A stretch of DNA of 64,000 nucleotides from a candidate division FCPU426 bacterium (GTDB taxonomy: Bacteria; Oederibacteriota; Muellerivitia; Muellerivitales; Muellerivitaceae): positions 416,001 to 480,000 of the forward strand of contig CAWCKJ010000003.1 of assembly GCA_963796105.1 (NCBI GenBank). Direction: 5' to 3'. Below, one piece after another: positions 17,598 through 28,144 of this stretch (position 1 is the first letter of the stretch; the number at the start of each line of letters is the position of its first letter). The translations under genes were made by a program, and so were the position numbers. The notes beneath the pieces are model-generated. The model was not told the origin of the DNA, did no database searches, and worked only from the letters and a program-made list of their open reading frames with translations.

Positions 17598-19675
17598 GCA
17601 CCAACCTCAATAGAACCAACAGATTGTATTTCCGTTCTCGGCAAAAGTTCGCTAAATGACAAAACTGTTAAATGAGGGATAAAACGCTCAATGATTTTTT
17701 TAAAATAGGGACGAACATTCGGTGAACACAAAACCAAAGGCTGCTGATTGTTTCCCGCCATTTTCTCAATCCCGTTTGATAGGCTCCTGAAAATCTGTTG
17801 TAAAAGCCTGGGATCTAATGCTGTAAACGAACCACTTTCAGCAGCTTGTATTGATTCTAATATTGTTTTTTCCAATTTTGGATCTAGAGTTAATGCATAA
17901 ATTTTCCCATCGTTTGACTGGTGAGATTTTGTAATTGAACGCGACAATGCTCTTCTTGCATATTCTGTCAATATTTGAGTATCTTTTGTTTCGCGTATAT
18001 GATCCGCAACAGCCTCTAATATTGTTTCCAAATCGCGTATTGGGATATGTTCCTTTAAAAGGTTTTGAAGGATTTTTTGCAAATCACCAACTAATAAATG
18101 CGATGGAACTGTTTCATCAATAACAGCAGGTGTATCTTTTTTAAAAGTTTCTAATAGTTTTGAAACACTTTGCCGAGTTAAAAACTCATGTGCCTGATTT
18201 CTTATAATTTCAGTTAAATGTGTTGAAATGACAGTCGAAGCATCTACAACTGAATATCCCGCCTGCTCAGCTATTAGCTTTTCATCATCCGTTATCCAAT
18301 ACGCAACCAAATTAAAAGTCGGCTCTTTTGTTTCAATCCCTTGAATTTTTACCAAGTTAGGACCAGTCGCCATTGCCAATAGATGTCCTGGCATAATCTT
18401 CCAACGTGATACTTCCACTCCTTTAATTTTAATAATATATTCAGATGGTTGTAATTGCATATTGTCGCGAATTCGAATTGGAGGAACAACTAAACCCAAG
18501 TCACTTGCCATTTGACGTCTAATACTCGTAATTCTTTCAAGCAAATCACCACCTTGAGCTTCATCAACCAAAGGTATCAAACTATAACCAATTTCGATTT
18601 CTAAATGGTCAACCTGTAATAACGATGAAACATTTTCAGGCTCCTTTTTCTTTTCAGGAATAAGTTGGTTTGCTTTTTCCACTTCTTCTTTTTCCCTTTT
18701 AACAACAGATCGAAGGTAGAATGCCAAAAAACCAGATAACAACGAAATGAAAATAAAAGCAACATGAGGCATTCTGGGAAAGAGTCCGAAAAAAAACATA
18801 ACGCCAGAGGTAATCCAAAGAGCCCTTGGTTGTGCAATAATTTGTTTGATAAGATCTGTTCCAAGATCGCTTTCCGAAGCTGCTCGAGTAACAACAATAC
18901 CTGTTGCGGTTGATAGCATAAGCGCAGGAATTTGAGTTGCTAAACCACCACCTATAGTTAATAGAGTATAACGTGTTAAAACTTCTGCCCAGCCTAACCC
19001 CCCTACATAAAACCCCATCGCAAATCCACCTAATATATTAATGATAGCGATAATAATAGCCGCAATCGCATCCCCACGAACAAACTTGCTGGCTCCGTCC
19101 ATTGCACCATAAAAATCAGCTTCTCTTTCAACCTCCTTGCGTCTTTTCCGAGCTTGATCATCGGTGATTAGACCTGAATTCAAATCCGCATCAATCGCCA
19201 TTTGTTTTCCTGGCATTGCATCTAAAGTAAACCGAGCTGCAACCTCCGCAACCCGTTGAGCACCATTGGTAATAACTATAAATTGAATGATAATTAGAAT
19301 CAGGAAAACAACAAACCCAACTATTGGGCTGCCTCCAATAACAAATTGCCCTATCGATTCAATAACTTTCCCAGCTGCATCTGAACCCTCGTTACCATGT
19401 AAAAGAATTAATCGTGTCGCAGAAACTTCTAATGCAAGGCGGAAAAGCGTTGTTATTAAAAGTAAAGTAGGAAAAATTGAAAATTGCAAAGGTTCAAGCG
19501 TATACATAGTTACCAAAACAACAACAAGAGCCAAAGTAATGTTAAATGAAATAAGAATATCCAAAACGATACTTGGCAATGGAATAAACAACATGAGAAT
19601 AACCATGACTAAGGCAAACGCAATAATAAGACCGCTTTTCTCTTGAATTGTTTTTATAGTGATCGCTTCAGGCAT
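17594..19675 (-). CDS. flhA: Flagellar export gate FlhA
   Basis: RVAEVAARFTLDAMPGKQMAIDADL, FYGAMDGASKFVRGDA, PPIRIRDN. Confidence 0.97.
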   Translation of the reverse strand: MPEAITIKTIQEKSGLIIAFALVMVILMLFIPLPSIVLDILISFNITLALVVVLVTMYTLEPLQFSIFPTLLLITTLFRLALEVSATRLILLHGNEGSDAAGKVIESIGQFVIGGSPIVGFVVFLILIIIQFIVITNGAQRVAEVAARFTLDAMPGKQMAIDADLNSGLITDDQARKRRKEVEREADFYGAMDGASKFVRGDAIAAIIIAIINILGGFAMGFYVGGLGWAEVLTRYTLLTIGGGLATQIPALMLSTATGIVVTRAASESDLGTDLIKQIIAQPRALWITSGVMFFFGLFPRMPHVAFIFISLLSGFLAFYLRSVVKREKEEVEKANQLIPEKKKEPENVSSLLQVDHLEIEIGYSLIPLVDEAQGGDLLERITSIRRQMASDLGLVVPPIRIRDNMQLQPSEYIIKIKGVEVSRWKIMPGHLLAMATGPNLVKIQGIETKEPTFNLVAYWITDDEKLIAEQAGYSVVDASTVISTHLTEIIRNQAHEFLTRQSVSKLLETFKKDTPAVIDETVPSHLLVGDLQKILQNLLKEHIPIRDLETILEAVADHIRETKDTQILTEYARRALSRSITKSHQSNDGKIYALTLDPKLEKTILESIQAAESGSFTALDPRLLQQIFRSLSNGIEKMAGNNQQPLVLCSPNVRPYFKKIIERFIPHLTVLSFSELLPRTEIQSVGSIEVGA

Positions 19676-19783
19676 TTTCCCCTCAAAAATCCGAGTTAAA
19701 AGAACTTCTGATTTAACCCTTTTAAAATTTTATAATTCATTTCATATTTTCCACAATTACCTTGAATTATCATCTCCCAATTC

Positions 19784-20860
19784 TTACATAGCTGTAGCAT
19801 ATGTTTTTTCTTCTTCTTTTTTGTTCATACGATAAACAAATGCAAGGATTTCAGCAACGGCTTCGAATAAATCCGGAGGAATCGGAGCGCCCACAGGACA
19901 AGATTTTAAAAGAGCTCGTGCCAGAGGTGGATTCTGTACTATTGGAATTTTACATTTATTCGCCATTTCCTTAATTCTTTCCGCAATAACTCTTTCGCCC
20001 TTAGCTAAAACAATTGGAGCTTGCATACCTTTCTTATATTCTAATGCAACTGCTATGTGAGTTGGATTTGTTATAACTACATCTGCATTGGGAATAGCGT
20101 CAAACATTCGCCTTCGAGCCATTTCTCTTTGTATTTGACGAATCCTCGCCTTAATCATTGGATCACCTTCAGATTGGCGGTATTCATCCCTAACCTCTTG
20201 TCTAGTCATTTTAAGGCCTTCTTCGTATTCCCATTTTTGATAAAAATAATCCAAAATTGCCAATATCACCAATATTAATATGATACTATTTAAAATTTTC
20301 ATAGTAAGGGATCCTATAAATTTTAAAGATTCAATACCTTGCATATCAATAGTTGGAATTAAATTGGGCATAGAATTCTTTACCCCTAAATAACCAATCC
20401 ATCCAATGATTAGTAATTTTAAAATGGCCTTTATAAACTCGACCAATGATCGTCTTGAAAATAAACGTTGAAATCCTGTCGCTGGATTAATGTTAGTTAT
20501 TTTAGGTGTTAGCGGTTTTAAACTAAAGAGAACACCAACCTGAAAGTAATTAACAGCAAAACCAGCTAATAAAACCACTCCCAGTATTGGTGCAAGAATT
20601 TTAAAAATTTGCCACATAAAAAAAATGCCAAAAGAGTAAATGTTTTCCAACCCTAAACTAATTCCCATATTCTGATAAGCAGTCACCATTAAAAGACCTA
20701 ATGAATTAATAATATAAGCGCCGGCATATCGAAAAGTCAGGATTGCCGCCAACAAAATTACAACTGAGTTAATCTCGATAGAACGCATGACTTGACCACG
20801 TTCACGCGCTTCTTGCTTTCTTTTTGGTGTTGCTTTTTCAGATCTTGCTGGATCAGCCAT
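19784..20860 (-). CDS. flhB: Flagellar export switch FlhB
   Basis: SEKATPKR, EGDPMIKARIR, and the VITNPTH autocleavage motif. Confidence 0.97.
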   Translation of the reverse strand: MADPARSEKATPKRKQEARERGQVMRSIEINSVVILLAAILTFRYAGAYIINSLGLLMVTAYQNMGISLGLENIYSFGIFFMWQIFKILAPILGVVLLAGFAVNYFQVGVLFSLKPLTPKITNINPATGFQRLFSRRSLVEFIKAILKLLIIGWIGYLGVKNSMPNLIPTIDMQGIESLKFIGSLTMKILNSIILILVILAILDYFYQKWEYEEGLKMTRQEVRDEYRQSEGDPMIKARIRQIQREMARRRMFDAIPNADVVITNPTHIAVALEYKKGMQAPIVLAKGERVIAERIKEMANKCKIPIVQNPPLARALLKSCPVGAPIPPDLFEAVAEILAFVYRMNKKEEEKTYATAM

Positions 20861-20884
20861 TTAAACCTCTAATTTTCCAGAAAA

Positions 20885-21670
20885 TCACCTAATGAATTGG
20901 ATTATTGAACTCAAATCACCTTTTAATCCTTTAAACATATCTTGTAAAATGTAAACGAAAAATGACATTGACATAGCCACAATTATTAAACCAACTGCCA
21001 TATTTAATGGCAATCCAACAATAAATACATTCATTTGTGGGACAGTGCGAGCAATTATTCCCAAAGCAAGATTGGTTATAAAAAGTGCTCCAATCACAGG
21101 AGCTCCTACACGAAATGATATGAAAAATACTTTTGAAAATAAATGCATCATTTCAGTTCCTAGTGATGGAGAAAAATGAGCTTGTCCTAAATTAATGGCA
21201 GTAAAACTATCGACAACAGCTCTCAATAGAATATGATGCCCATCTACAGCAAGAAAAACCAATGTTGCGACCAAATAATAATATTGCCCCATAACAGAAA
21301 TTTGAGTGCTCGTAACCGGGTCAATGATATTTACCATTCCGAGCCCCATTTGGATATCTACTATCTGCCCTGCCAACTGTATGCCGGTGAAAAGAAGAGT
21401 TGCACCCAAACCAATGCACAAACCGATTAATAATTCCCTGGAGACCGCCAAACCTAATTGCAAACCCGAAAAAGGTAACTTATCTGTGGTAATCGCAACT
21501 ATCGGAAAAACCAACAATGTTATAAGTAAAGTCCAAGAAGCTTTTAGCTGGACAGGAATGTTACGACTAGCAAAAACAGGTGCGGTAAAGAATATACCTG
21601 CAATTCTCATAAGAATTAAAACAAAAGCAACTACGTCTTTCGTTTGGAAAGCAAAAGGATTGGTTGGCAT
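20885..21670 (-). CDS. fliR: Flagellar export protein FliR
   Basis: AGQIVDIQMGLGM, ARTVPQMNVFIVGLPL. Confidence 0.95.
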   Translation of the reverse strand: MPTNPFAFQTKDVVAFVLILMRIAGIFFTAPVFASRNIPVQLKASWTLLITLLVFPIVAITTDKLPFSGLQLGLAVSRELLIGLCIGLGATLLFTGIQLAGQIVDIQMGLGMVNIIDPVTSTQISVMGQYYYLVATLVFLAVDGHHILLRAVVDSFTAINLGQAHFSPSLGTEMMHLFSKVFFISFRVGAPVIGALFITNLALGIIARTVPQMNVFIVGLPLNMAVGLIIVAMSMSFFVYILQDMFKGLKGDLSSIIQFIR

Positions 21671-21677
21671 CTATTTC

Positions 21678-21947
21678 TCACTTAAAGTAGTTTGGAAGAT
21701 TTATCCATAAATTTGAAGTGTAGTTTAAAAGAATAAGCATCATCCACTTTCCGAAAATTAATATAGCAAAAAAAATTGCAACAATTTTAGGGATAAAAGT
21801 TAAAGTCATTTCCTGAATTTGTGTAACCGCCTGAAATATCGAAACTGCCACACCCACGGCCAATCCGAGCCCTAGTATAGGAGCTGAAATTAACAAGGTT
21901 ATCCATAAAGCTCTATTTGCTAAATCCGCAATAAAATCAACACTCAT
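21678..21947 (-). CDS. fliQ: Flagellar export protein FliQ
   Basis: VSIFQAVTQIQEMTLTFIPKI; start taken at MSVDF. Confidence 0.95.
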   Translation of the reverse strand: MSVDFIADLANRALWITLLISAPILGLGLAVGVAVSIFQAVTQIQEMTLTFIPKIVAIFFAILIFGKWMMLILLNYTSNLWINLPNYFK

Positions 21948-21964
21948 TACTTTCCTCGCATTAA

Positions 21965-22717
21965 TTAAAAACTTAAAGCAATGGAACGCACAATCATATT
22001 CCAACCATCGACCATAATAAAAAGAAGAATTTTAAAAGGAAGGGATATTAATACTGGTGGCAACATCAGCATACCCATTGACATTAAAACTGAAGCAACC
22101 ACCATATCGATTATCAAAAAAGGAATAAATATAATAAAACCCATTTCAAAACCTCTTTTCAACTCACTTATAATGAAGGCTGGAATTAATACCCATGTGG
22201 ATATATCTTCCGGTGTTTTGGGTCTAGTTGATTTAGATAAAGCTACAAAGAGAGCCAAATCTTTTTCGCGAGTTTGCTTAAGCATAAATTGTCGAATGGG
22301 ACTTTCAGCATTTTTCAATGCTTCAACAGTTCCTATTTTATTTGAAAGAAAAGGAGTTATTGCCTCCTTATCAATTTTTGAAAACGTTGGTTGCATCGTA
22401 AAAAAAGTTAAAAACAACGCCAGGCCAACAAGGACCTGATTTGGGGGTACTTGTTGAGTCCCCAAAGCTTGTCTTAAAAAAGCTAAAATAACAACAATTC
22501 TTGTAAAAGAAGTCATCATTATCAATATCGCAGGAGCCAGGGATAATACTGTTAATACGAGAAGAATTTGAATGCTCATTGCAATATCTTGTGAATTTTT
22601 TGCCTGGTCTATACCAATTCTGATACTGGGAAAAGGAAAATCAGCAGCAAAATTCAAGGAAGGAATAAAAAAACAAAAAATAATAACCGAATATATGAAT
22701 TTATTCCCAGCCTTCAT
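21965..22717 (-). CDS. fliP: Flagellar export protein FliP
   Basis: MMTSFTRIVV, ALGTQQVPPNQVLVGLALFLT, MLPPVLISLPFK. Confidence 0.97.
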   Translation of the reverse strand: MKAGNKFIYSVIIFCFFIPSLNFAADFPFPSIRIGIDQAKNSQDIAMSIQILLVLTVLSLAPAILIMMTSFTRIVVILAFLRQALGTQQVPPNQVLVGLALFLTFFTMQPTFSKIDKEAITPFLSNKIGTVEALKNAESPIRQFMLKQTREKDLALFVALSKSTRPKTPEDISTWVLIPAFIISELKRGFEMGFIIFIPFLIIDMVVASVLMSMGMLMLPPVLISLPFKILLFIMVDGWNMIVRSIALSF

Positions 22718-23409
22718 TGTTCCTCCGATTTATCCACATTTTCTTTTCTAACCTTGATAATATTTTTTAAATTATTCAAATAACCACTTATGGCATCAGT
22801 ACTTTCGCGAATTGAATTTTCAGCTCCATTTTTTTTAAAATTGATATCTTGTTTTTGAAGTTCACGGTTAAATATATTTTGAAATGCTTTTGGCAAATTT
22901 GTTTTTAAAGCTTCAATCTCTTCTGGCAACGTAATTATATCTAAACAATTTATTTCCTCACGCCCCAAGCCAAGTATTAAAATTTTTCTTCCCACTTCAA
23001 CTAAAAAAATCGCCTTTTGTGGGGCCAAATAAAGAGAAGTTAATACTTTAACCGGTTTTCCTTCATTAAATTGCCTGGCCCAACCTCTTCTTTCCCAAAT
23101 AACCTTTAATCCCCAAAGAGTTAAATAAATTATCGTAATAATTAGAACCAGAGCAAAAAGAATTTTTCCCATTGTATAAAATATACTTGGTGATGGGGTT
23201 TGATTTTCTAAAGGCAGGTTTAAAGGAAGGAGCGTATTTTCTTGGTTGTTTTTTATAATTTGATCTGTTTGAAAAATCAAACTTTGGGAGTCAACGGCGA
23301 TTAATTTAGAAAGATTTAATACAAATATAAAAAAAACAAATAATGTCATCCGTCCAACCAATAAAAACAACTTTACAGAACGGTTAATATTAATCTTTAT
23401 TAAAACCAT
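22714..23409 (-). CDS. fliO: FliO/FliZ family protein
   Basis: TM helix followed by VKVLTSLYLAPQKAIFLVEVGRKILILG; upstream of fliP. Confidence 0.8.
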   Translation of the reverse strand: MVLIKININRSVKLFLLVGRMTLFVFFIFVLNLSKLIAVDSQSLIFQTDQIIKNNQENTLLPLNLPLENQTPSPSIFYTMGKILFALVLIITIIYLTLWGLKVIWERRGWARQFNEGKPVKVLTSLYLAPQKAIFLVEVGRKILILGLGREEINCLDIITLPEEIEALKTNLPKAFQNIFNRELQKQDINFKKNGAENSIRESTDAISGYLNNLKNIIKVRKENVDKSEEQ

Positions 23410-23435
23410 TGAAATTAGGCCACGCCTATTTGAAA

Positions 23436-24374
23436 TCAGGATTGAACCGCAGTTAACCGTTCCTCAGGATTCAGAATTTCCGTAATCCTAACACCAAAAT
23501 TCTCATCGATAACAACAACTTCACCCTTTGCTATCAATTTTTCATTTATTAATATATCAACAGCTTCTCCGGCTAATTTATCTAGTTCTACAACAGAACC
23601 AGGGGCCAATGCCAATATTTCCTTGACCAATTTTGTTGTTCTCCCCAATTCAACTGTCATTTTTAAGGGGACATCCAGTAAAAGTCCAATATTTCCCTCA
23701 AGTGGACGGTTTGTTACCACGCTATCATTATTTTCCAAAACTACACCTCCTGCGATCTTTTTTTTATTCTCAAGTATAAACTCATCATTTGTTCCACTCA
23801 AAACCTGAAGAGCTTCTGATTCTTTATTAATAAATAAAGAACTTGCGACAAGATCAGGAATACAAAACATAATTTCGCTTGATAATAGACCTTGAATAAA
23901 TATTCCGAATGTTATAACAATTAAATTGTTTTCTTTTAAAAACAAAGTGCTTTTCGACAAAGAGGAATCAAAAAGTGAAATATCAACCAATTCTAAAGAC
24001 TTGTTCGTTGTTGAATTTCTGATTCCATTATCCAGAGATTCAAGTAACTGTTGAACCACTTCTCGATACGCCGAAAAATGAAGTTCACTCATGATTTCAG
24101 CAGGTTGAGACCCGTCTTGCCCAATTAAAATGTCTGAAATTATAGTACAATCTCTCTCCTTCATTAAAAAAAGACCCGATGAATTCACTATACTAGAACT
24201 TTTAAATCTTGCGCAAACATATTTCCCACTTAAACTAAAAGATACGGAATTTAAGTCCTTATTAAATACATCAGAAAAGCTTACAGAAACATCCCTACCT
24301 AAAAGTTCAGTTAAAGAATGCGCCATGCCAGAGGCTACGGACTCAGCGATATTCCTTATCTTACTTGTAACCAT
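23436..24374 (-). CDS. fliY: C-ring switch protein FliY/FliN (CheC-like N-domain plus FliN SPOA domain)
   Basis: C-terminal [16 protein letters not shown]...[34 protein letters not shown], preceded by a degenerate CheC-like region. Confidence 0.8.
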   Translation of the reverse strand: MVTSKIRNIAESVASGMAHSLTELLGRDVSVSFSDVFNKDLNSVSFSLSGKYVCARFKSSSIVNSSGLFLMKERDCTIISDILIGQDGSQPAEIMSELHFSAYREVVQQLLESLDNGIRNSTTNKSLELVDISLFDSSLSKSTLFLKENNLIVITFGIFIQGLLSSEIMFCIPDLVASSLFINKESEALQVLSGTNDEFILENKKKIAGGVVLENNDSVVTNRPLEGNIGLLLDVPLKMTVELGRTTKLVKEILALAPGSVVELDKLAGEAVDILINEKLIAKGEVVVIDENFGVRITEILNPEERLTAVQS

Positions 24375-24389
24375 AAACTATCCAAATGA

Positions 24390-25415
24390 TCATAATAATT
24401 CATCACGAAATACAACTCTTGAAATTTGAATCGCCTTTTTTTTCGAGGATATTCCTGGTCGACCCTTTAACTTAACTAAACCCTCTATTAACACATCTAT
24501 TTCATTATGTGGGCTCGAATTTAACCGAACGACATCAGATGTTTTTAACTTCAACAACTCTTGAACAGTAATTTGCGCTGAGCCAACTTGTACAACAAAC
24601 GGCACTTTCGTTTCTTTCATTACTTTTGTTAAATTATCAACAGTTTCCGTTGTTGATTCTTTTTTACCAACGGTAAACCATTTTTGTGCAGATAGATCTC
24701 CAATTACAGGTTCCAAAACAACATATGGAATACACATTGACATTTTCCCGGTCACTTCATTTACCTTCACTTCAAATTCAATTACCGCAGCAATTTCATT
24801 CGGCGCAACAATTTGAACGAATTGTGCTGTCGTTTCATAGCCACTTAGTTTAGGTTGAAAATGACCAACTTTTAGCCAAGCCTCTTGAAGATTTTCCATA
24901 CCCCTATTAATAATCTTCTCAATTACGGATTGTTCAATAAGGGTTAACTCTCGGGCAGCAGTTGGAGCCTTGCCAGGTCCACCCAAAATACGATCTATCA
25001 AAGTTAATACTAATTCGGGATTAATTTCCAATAAAAAAGATCCATCCAAAGGCTCCATTTTAACCACAAAAAGACAATCTGGCCTTGGCAAAGACATTGT
25101 GTATTCACGAAAAGGAAGTTGAGTCACTGAAATAACTTTTATTTCAGCAACGGTACGCAAATACGCAGCTACTGATGCAGTAAACCCCCTTGAAAATATC
25201 TCATGCAACATTTCCAAAGTTCTCATATGATCTTTCGAGAACCGATTTGGTCTATTAAAATCATATGTCTTTATCTTACGACCCTGATCATCAACAATTA
25301 CGCCTAATTCTGTAGTATTCGTCGCTAAGACCTCTTCGGCGCCAGAATTAGTTATACCAACATCTAATTCGGAAAGAAGTGCATTAACTTCTCCGTCGGA
25401 CAATAAGTCTTCCAT
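24390..25415 (-). CDS. fliM: C-ring switch protein FliM
   Basis: LLSDGEVNALL (CheY-binding peptide), YDFNRPNRFSKDHMRTL, IDRILGG.G. Confidence 0.95.
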   Translation of the reverse strand: MEDLLSDGEVNALLSELDVGITNSGAEEVLATNTTELGVIVDDQGRKIKTYDFNRPNRFSKDHMRTLEMLHEIFSRGFTASVAAYLRTVAEIKVISVTQLPFREYTMSLPRPDCLFVVKMEPLDGSFLLEINPELVLTLIDRILGGPGKAPTAARELTLIEQSVIEKIINRGMENLQEAWLKVGHFQPKLSGYETTAQFVQIVAPNEIAAVIEFEVKVNEVTGKMSMCIPYVVLEPVIGDLSAQKWFTVGKKESTTETVDNLTKVMKETKVPFVVQVGSAQITVQELLKLKTSDVVRLNSSPHNEIDVLIEGLVKLKGRPGISSKKKAIQISRVVFRDELL

Positions 25416-25452
25416 TTATTGCTTCCTCCCTCCAAAACTCAATTGTAAAAGC

Positions 25453-25929
25453 TTATTGAATTGCAAACTGAGTTAAAAATACATTGGTAATCGCCCCGAA
25501 TTTTAAAGCCTCGTTAATTTTTAACTGAAGTTCTCTTCGAAAGCGTTCTTTTCCTTCGGAGGTAGAGAGTTCTGATGCAATTCGATCATTTAAAAGCGTA
25601 TTGACCAAATCCTGAAATTGCGGAGCCCGATCTTTAACCTCCTTATCTAACTCCAAATTCACTTTGCTATATTCTAGCTGAATTTCCGCCCGAACATAAC
25701 GGGAAGCTTCTTCATCTGCCAAATTCACAATGAAAGTGCCCAGATCAAATATTTTTCCCGGTTCAGGTTTTATTTCAATGATCTTTTCTTCTTTTTGTTG
25801 ATTTGTCTTGGAAAAATAACCCATGAATCCAGCCGTTGCGAGGGCAATCATTCCAAGAGCTGTAACCGCGCTTAATAAAACCAAAAGGTTCAACACCCTC
25901 TTAGTTCCTCTATCTCCTTGATCAGCCAT
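25453..25929 (-). CDS. fliL: FliL
   Basis: N-terminal TM, FIVNLAD, EGKERFR, and VFLTQFAIQ. Confidence 0.9.
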   Translation of the reverse strand: MADQGDRGTKRVLNLLVLLSAVTALGMIALATAGFMGYFSKTNQQKEEKIIEIKPEPGKIFDLGTFIVNLADEEASRYVRAEIQLEYSKVNLELDKEVKDRAPQFQDLVNTLLNDRIASELSTSEGKERFRRELQLKINEALKFGAITNVFLTQFAIQ

Positions 25930-25947
25930 CTTTATCCCTCCTCTTTA

Positions 25948-26703
25948 TTAATCCAACTTCATGATTACAATGTCGACCCGACGGTTAATCCGTCGATTCG
26001 ATTCACTGATATTCGGCACCAAGGGTTGATATTCTGCATAACCTGCTGCAGAAAATCTGCTCGGATCCAAACCCTTTTCCATCACCAAATACTTAACAAC
26101 CGAAGTGGCACGTAAAGACGAAAGCTCCCAATTACTGATAATTTTGTTAGTGTTTATTGTTAAGTCATCAGTATGTCCTTCAACAGCAACTTGATTATGT
26201 GGGAACTTATTTAAAATTAATGCAACATTATTAAGAATCTCTTTCATTTCAGGTTTAATAAGGTAATCGCCTAAATCAAATAACACTTTATCCGTTAATA
26301 GGCTAATAACTAAACCCTTCGCTTCTTTTCTAATTGAAACTTTATTAGCACCAAGTGGTTTTATTAAATAATTTTTCGCGATTTTCCCAACGTCCTTTTT
26401 TTCATCACCCCCTGGCCCGCCTTCCTCAGGTTCGCCTGGTATGATTTTGTAATGATCGCCTGCGTTTGAACTTTGAGAAGGTAATATTGTCGTATTACCA
26501 GGAATAGGACCAAAAACCGAACGAAATTGAGCCATCATTTCCTGCAATACAACCTTATTTTGAGAAGAGGCAAGAGCGTACAATATAATAAAAAGCGCCA
26601 ATAACAAGGTAATCATGTCGGCGTAAGTTAGTAACCAACGCATCATACCGCCGGATTCAAGTTCCAGTCCGGCTTCCTTGGCACCACCACGACGTTTCGG
26701 CAT
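25948..26703 (-). CDS. motB: Stator protein MotB
   Basis: WLLTYADMITLLLALF (conserved Asp); OmpA-like VEGHTD, NWELSSLRA, NRRVDI. Confidence 0.95.
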   Translation of the reverse strand: MPKRRGGAKEAGLELESGGMMRWLLTYADMITLLLALFIILYALASSQNKVVLQEMMAQFRSVFGPIPGNTTILPSQSSNAGDHYKIIPGEPEEGGPGGDEKKDVGKIAKNYLIKPLGANKVSIRKEAKGLVISLLTDKVLFDLGDYLIKPEMKEILNNVALILNKFPHNQVAVEGHTDDLTINTNKIISNWELSSLRATSVVKYLVMEKGLDPSRFSAAGYAEYQPLVPNISESNRRINRRVDIVIMKLD

Positions 26704-26736
26704 TTCCCACTCCCATTAACGGTTTACAACATCAAA

Positions 26737-27555
26737 TTACTCTTCCCCTTTTGCTTCACCTTGAGCTTTTTGTGCCTCTAAATTGACTTTCAATTTCGGT
26801 GGCAAGAAAGCTTTTAACTTTTCCTCAACAATACGAGGATTATCACCAGCTGAAATCGCCAATATTCCCTCTAACATTACTTCTCTCAATAATACTTCTT
26901 GTTGACTATTTTGTTTCAGCTTGAAAGATATCGGCAAAAAAATGATATTCGCAAAAGAAATACCATAAAAAGTTGCGATAAATGCAGTCGCAATTGCACC
27001 TGCAATTTCTGTTCCGCTAGTTGAGGCACCACCTTCCCCCATCGAACCCAAAGCATGTATCAATCCCAGCACAGTTCCAATAATACCAAGTGTGGGAGAA
27101 AAGCCACCAAAAGTCCCAAATATACTTTCGCCTATTTTGTGCCGAGACTCGAGAAATGCAATGTCAGTTTCCATAATATTTCTTATCATTTCTATGTCCG
27201 TACCGTCAACAACAAGCTGCAAACCTTTTTTTAAGAATGGATCCGGAATAGCTTCCGCTTCTTCTTCCAAACCCAATAAACCTTCACGTCGCGCTTTAGT
27301 TGCGAAACCAACCAATTGATTAACAATGGCGCCAGGATCCAATTCCTGCTTTTGAAATGCTTTTCTTAAAACCGGAAAAAACTCTCGAATGCTATCGGAA
27401 GGAAAACTCATTATTGTTGCACCCGCCGAACCAAAACCTACTATTAAAAAAGCCGAAGGTTTTAATAAAATTGATAATCTTACGCCTTCAAGTAAAGCAC
27501 CTCCTACCACTCCAAGAAGGCCTAAAAATAAACCTATAATCGTTGCTAGATCCAC
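26737..27555 (-). CDS. motA: Stator protein MotA
   Basis: ARREGLLGLE, PTLGIIGTVLGLI, AFIATFYG, GDNPR. Confidence 0.95.
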   Translation of the reverse strand: MDLATIIGLFLGLLGVVGGALLEGVRLSILLKPSAFLIVGFGSAGATIMSFPSDSIREFFPVLRKAFQKQELDPGAIVNQLVGFATKARREGLLGLEEEAEAIPDPFLKKGLQLVVDGTDIEMIRNIMETDIAFLESRHKIGESIFGTFGGFSPTLGIIGTVLGLIHALGSMGEGGASTSGTEIAGAIATAFIATFYGISFANIIFLPISFKLKQNSQQEVLLREVMLEGILAISAGDNPRIVEEKLKAFLPPKLKVNLEAQKAQGEAKGEE

Positions 27556-27646
27556 GAAATCACCTCCAAAAATTTCCTCATTGTTTATTTCAAATCATAA
27601 AACAACATTGTTGGAAATAAAAACAGAACTAAAATTTCCTCCAAGC

Positions 27647-28138
27647 TTAAATGGTAACTGCAAGAACAGATTCCCTAGCTTTTTCAACTCGGTCCCGACG
27701 AATAAACGAGATTGAAGAAATTTCATCTAAAAATCTTCGTTCCTCGGTATAAATTTCATTATTATTTAAAAGTAATTTTTTTTCTCGCAGATTTTCAAGA
27801 ACTTTCTTTTCACGTGACGCTTTAACTAAGATTTTTTGGCGTTTTTCCACCTCTTGAATCAAATCATTCTCCACGACACGATAATCTTTTTCACGATAAG
27901 TAAGCCACTCTTTATACTCACAAAAAGCGATTATTTCACCAGAATTGTAGTTTATGTTTTTTTCAAACTCAGAAAATTCGTTCAAAAAAATAATTTCTTT
28001 TTCCATGTGTTCATTTAATTCTTCTTGGATTTTTAAAAGTTTTCCTTTTGCATGAGATAATTCACGAACTCGAATATTTTCGATATCTTTACGCAACTTA
28101 AGAACTTTTTCCAATCTAAAGTAAAACCTTTTGGCCAT
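27647..28138 (-). CDS. fliJ: Flagellar export chaperone FliJ
   Basis: KRFYFRLEKVLKLR...ASREKKVLENLREK...ERRFLDE; follows fliI. Confidence 0.88.
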   Translation of the reverse strand: MAKRFYFRLEKVLKLRKDIENIRVRELSHAKGKLLKIQEELNEHMEKEIIFLNEFSEFEKNINYNSGEIIAFCEYKEWLTYREKDYRVVENDLIQEVEKRQKILVKASREKKVLENLREKKLLLNNNEIYTEERRFLDEISSISFIRRDRVEKARESVLAVTI

Positions 28139-28144
28139 AAAACC

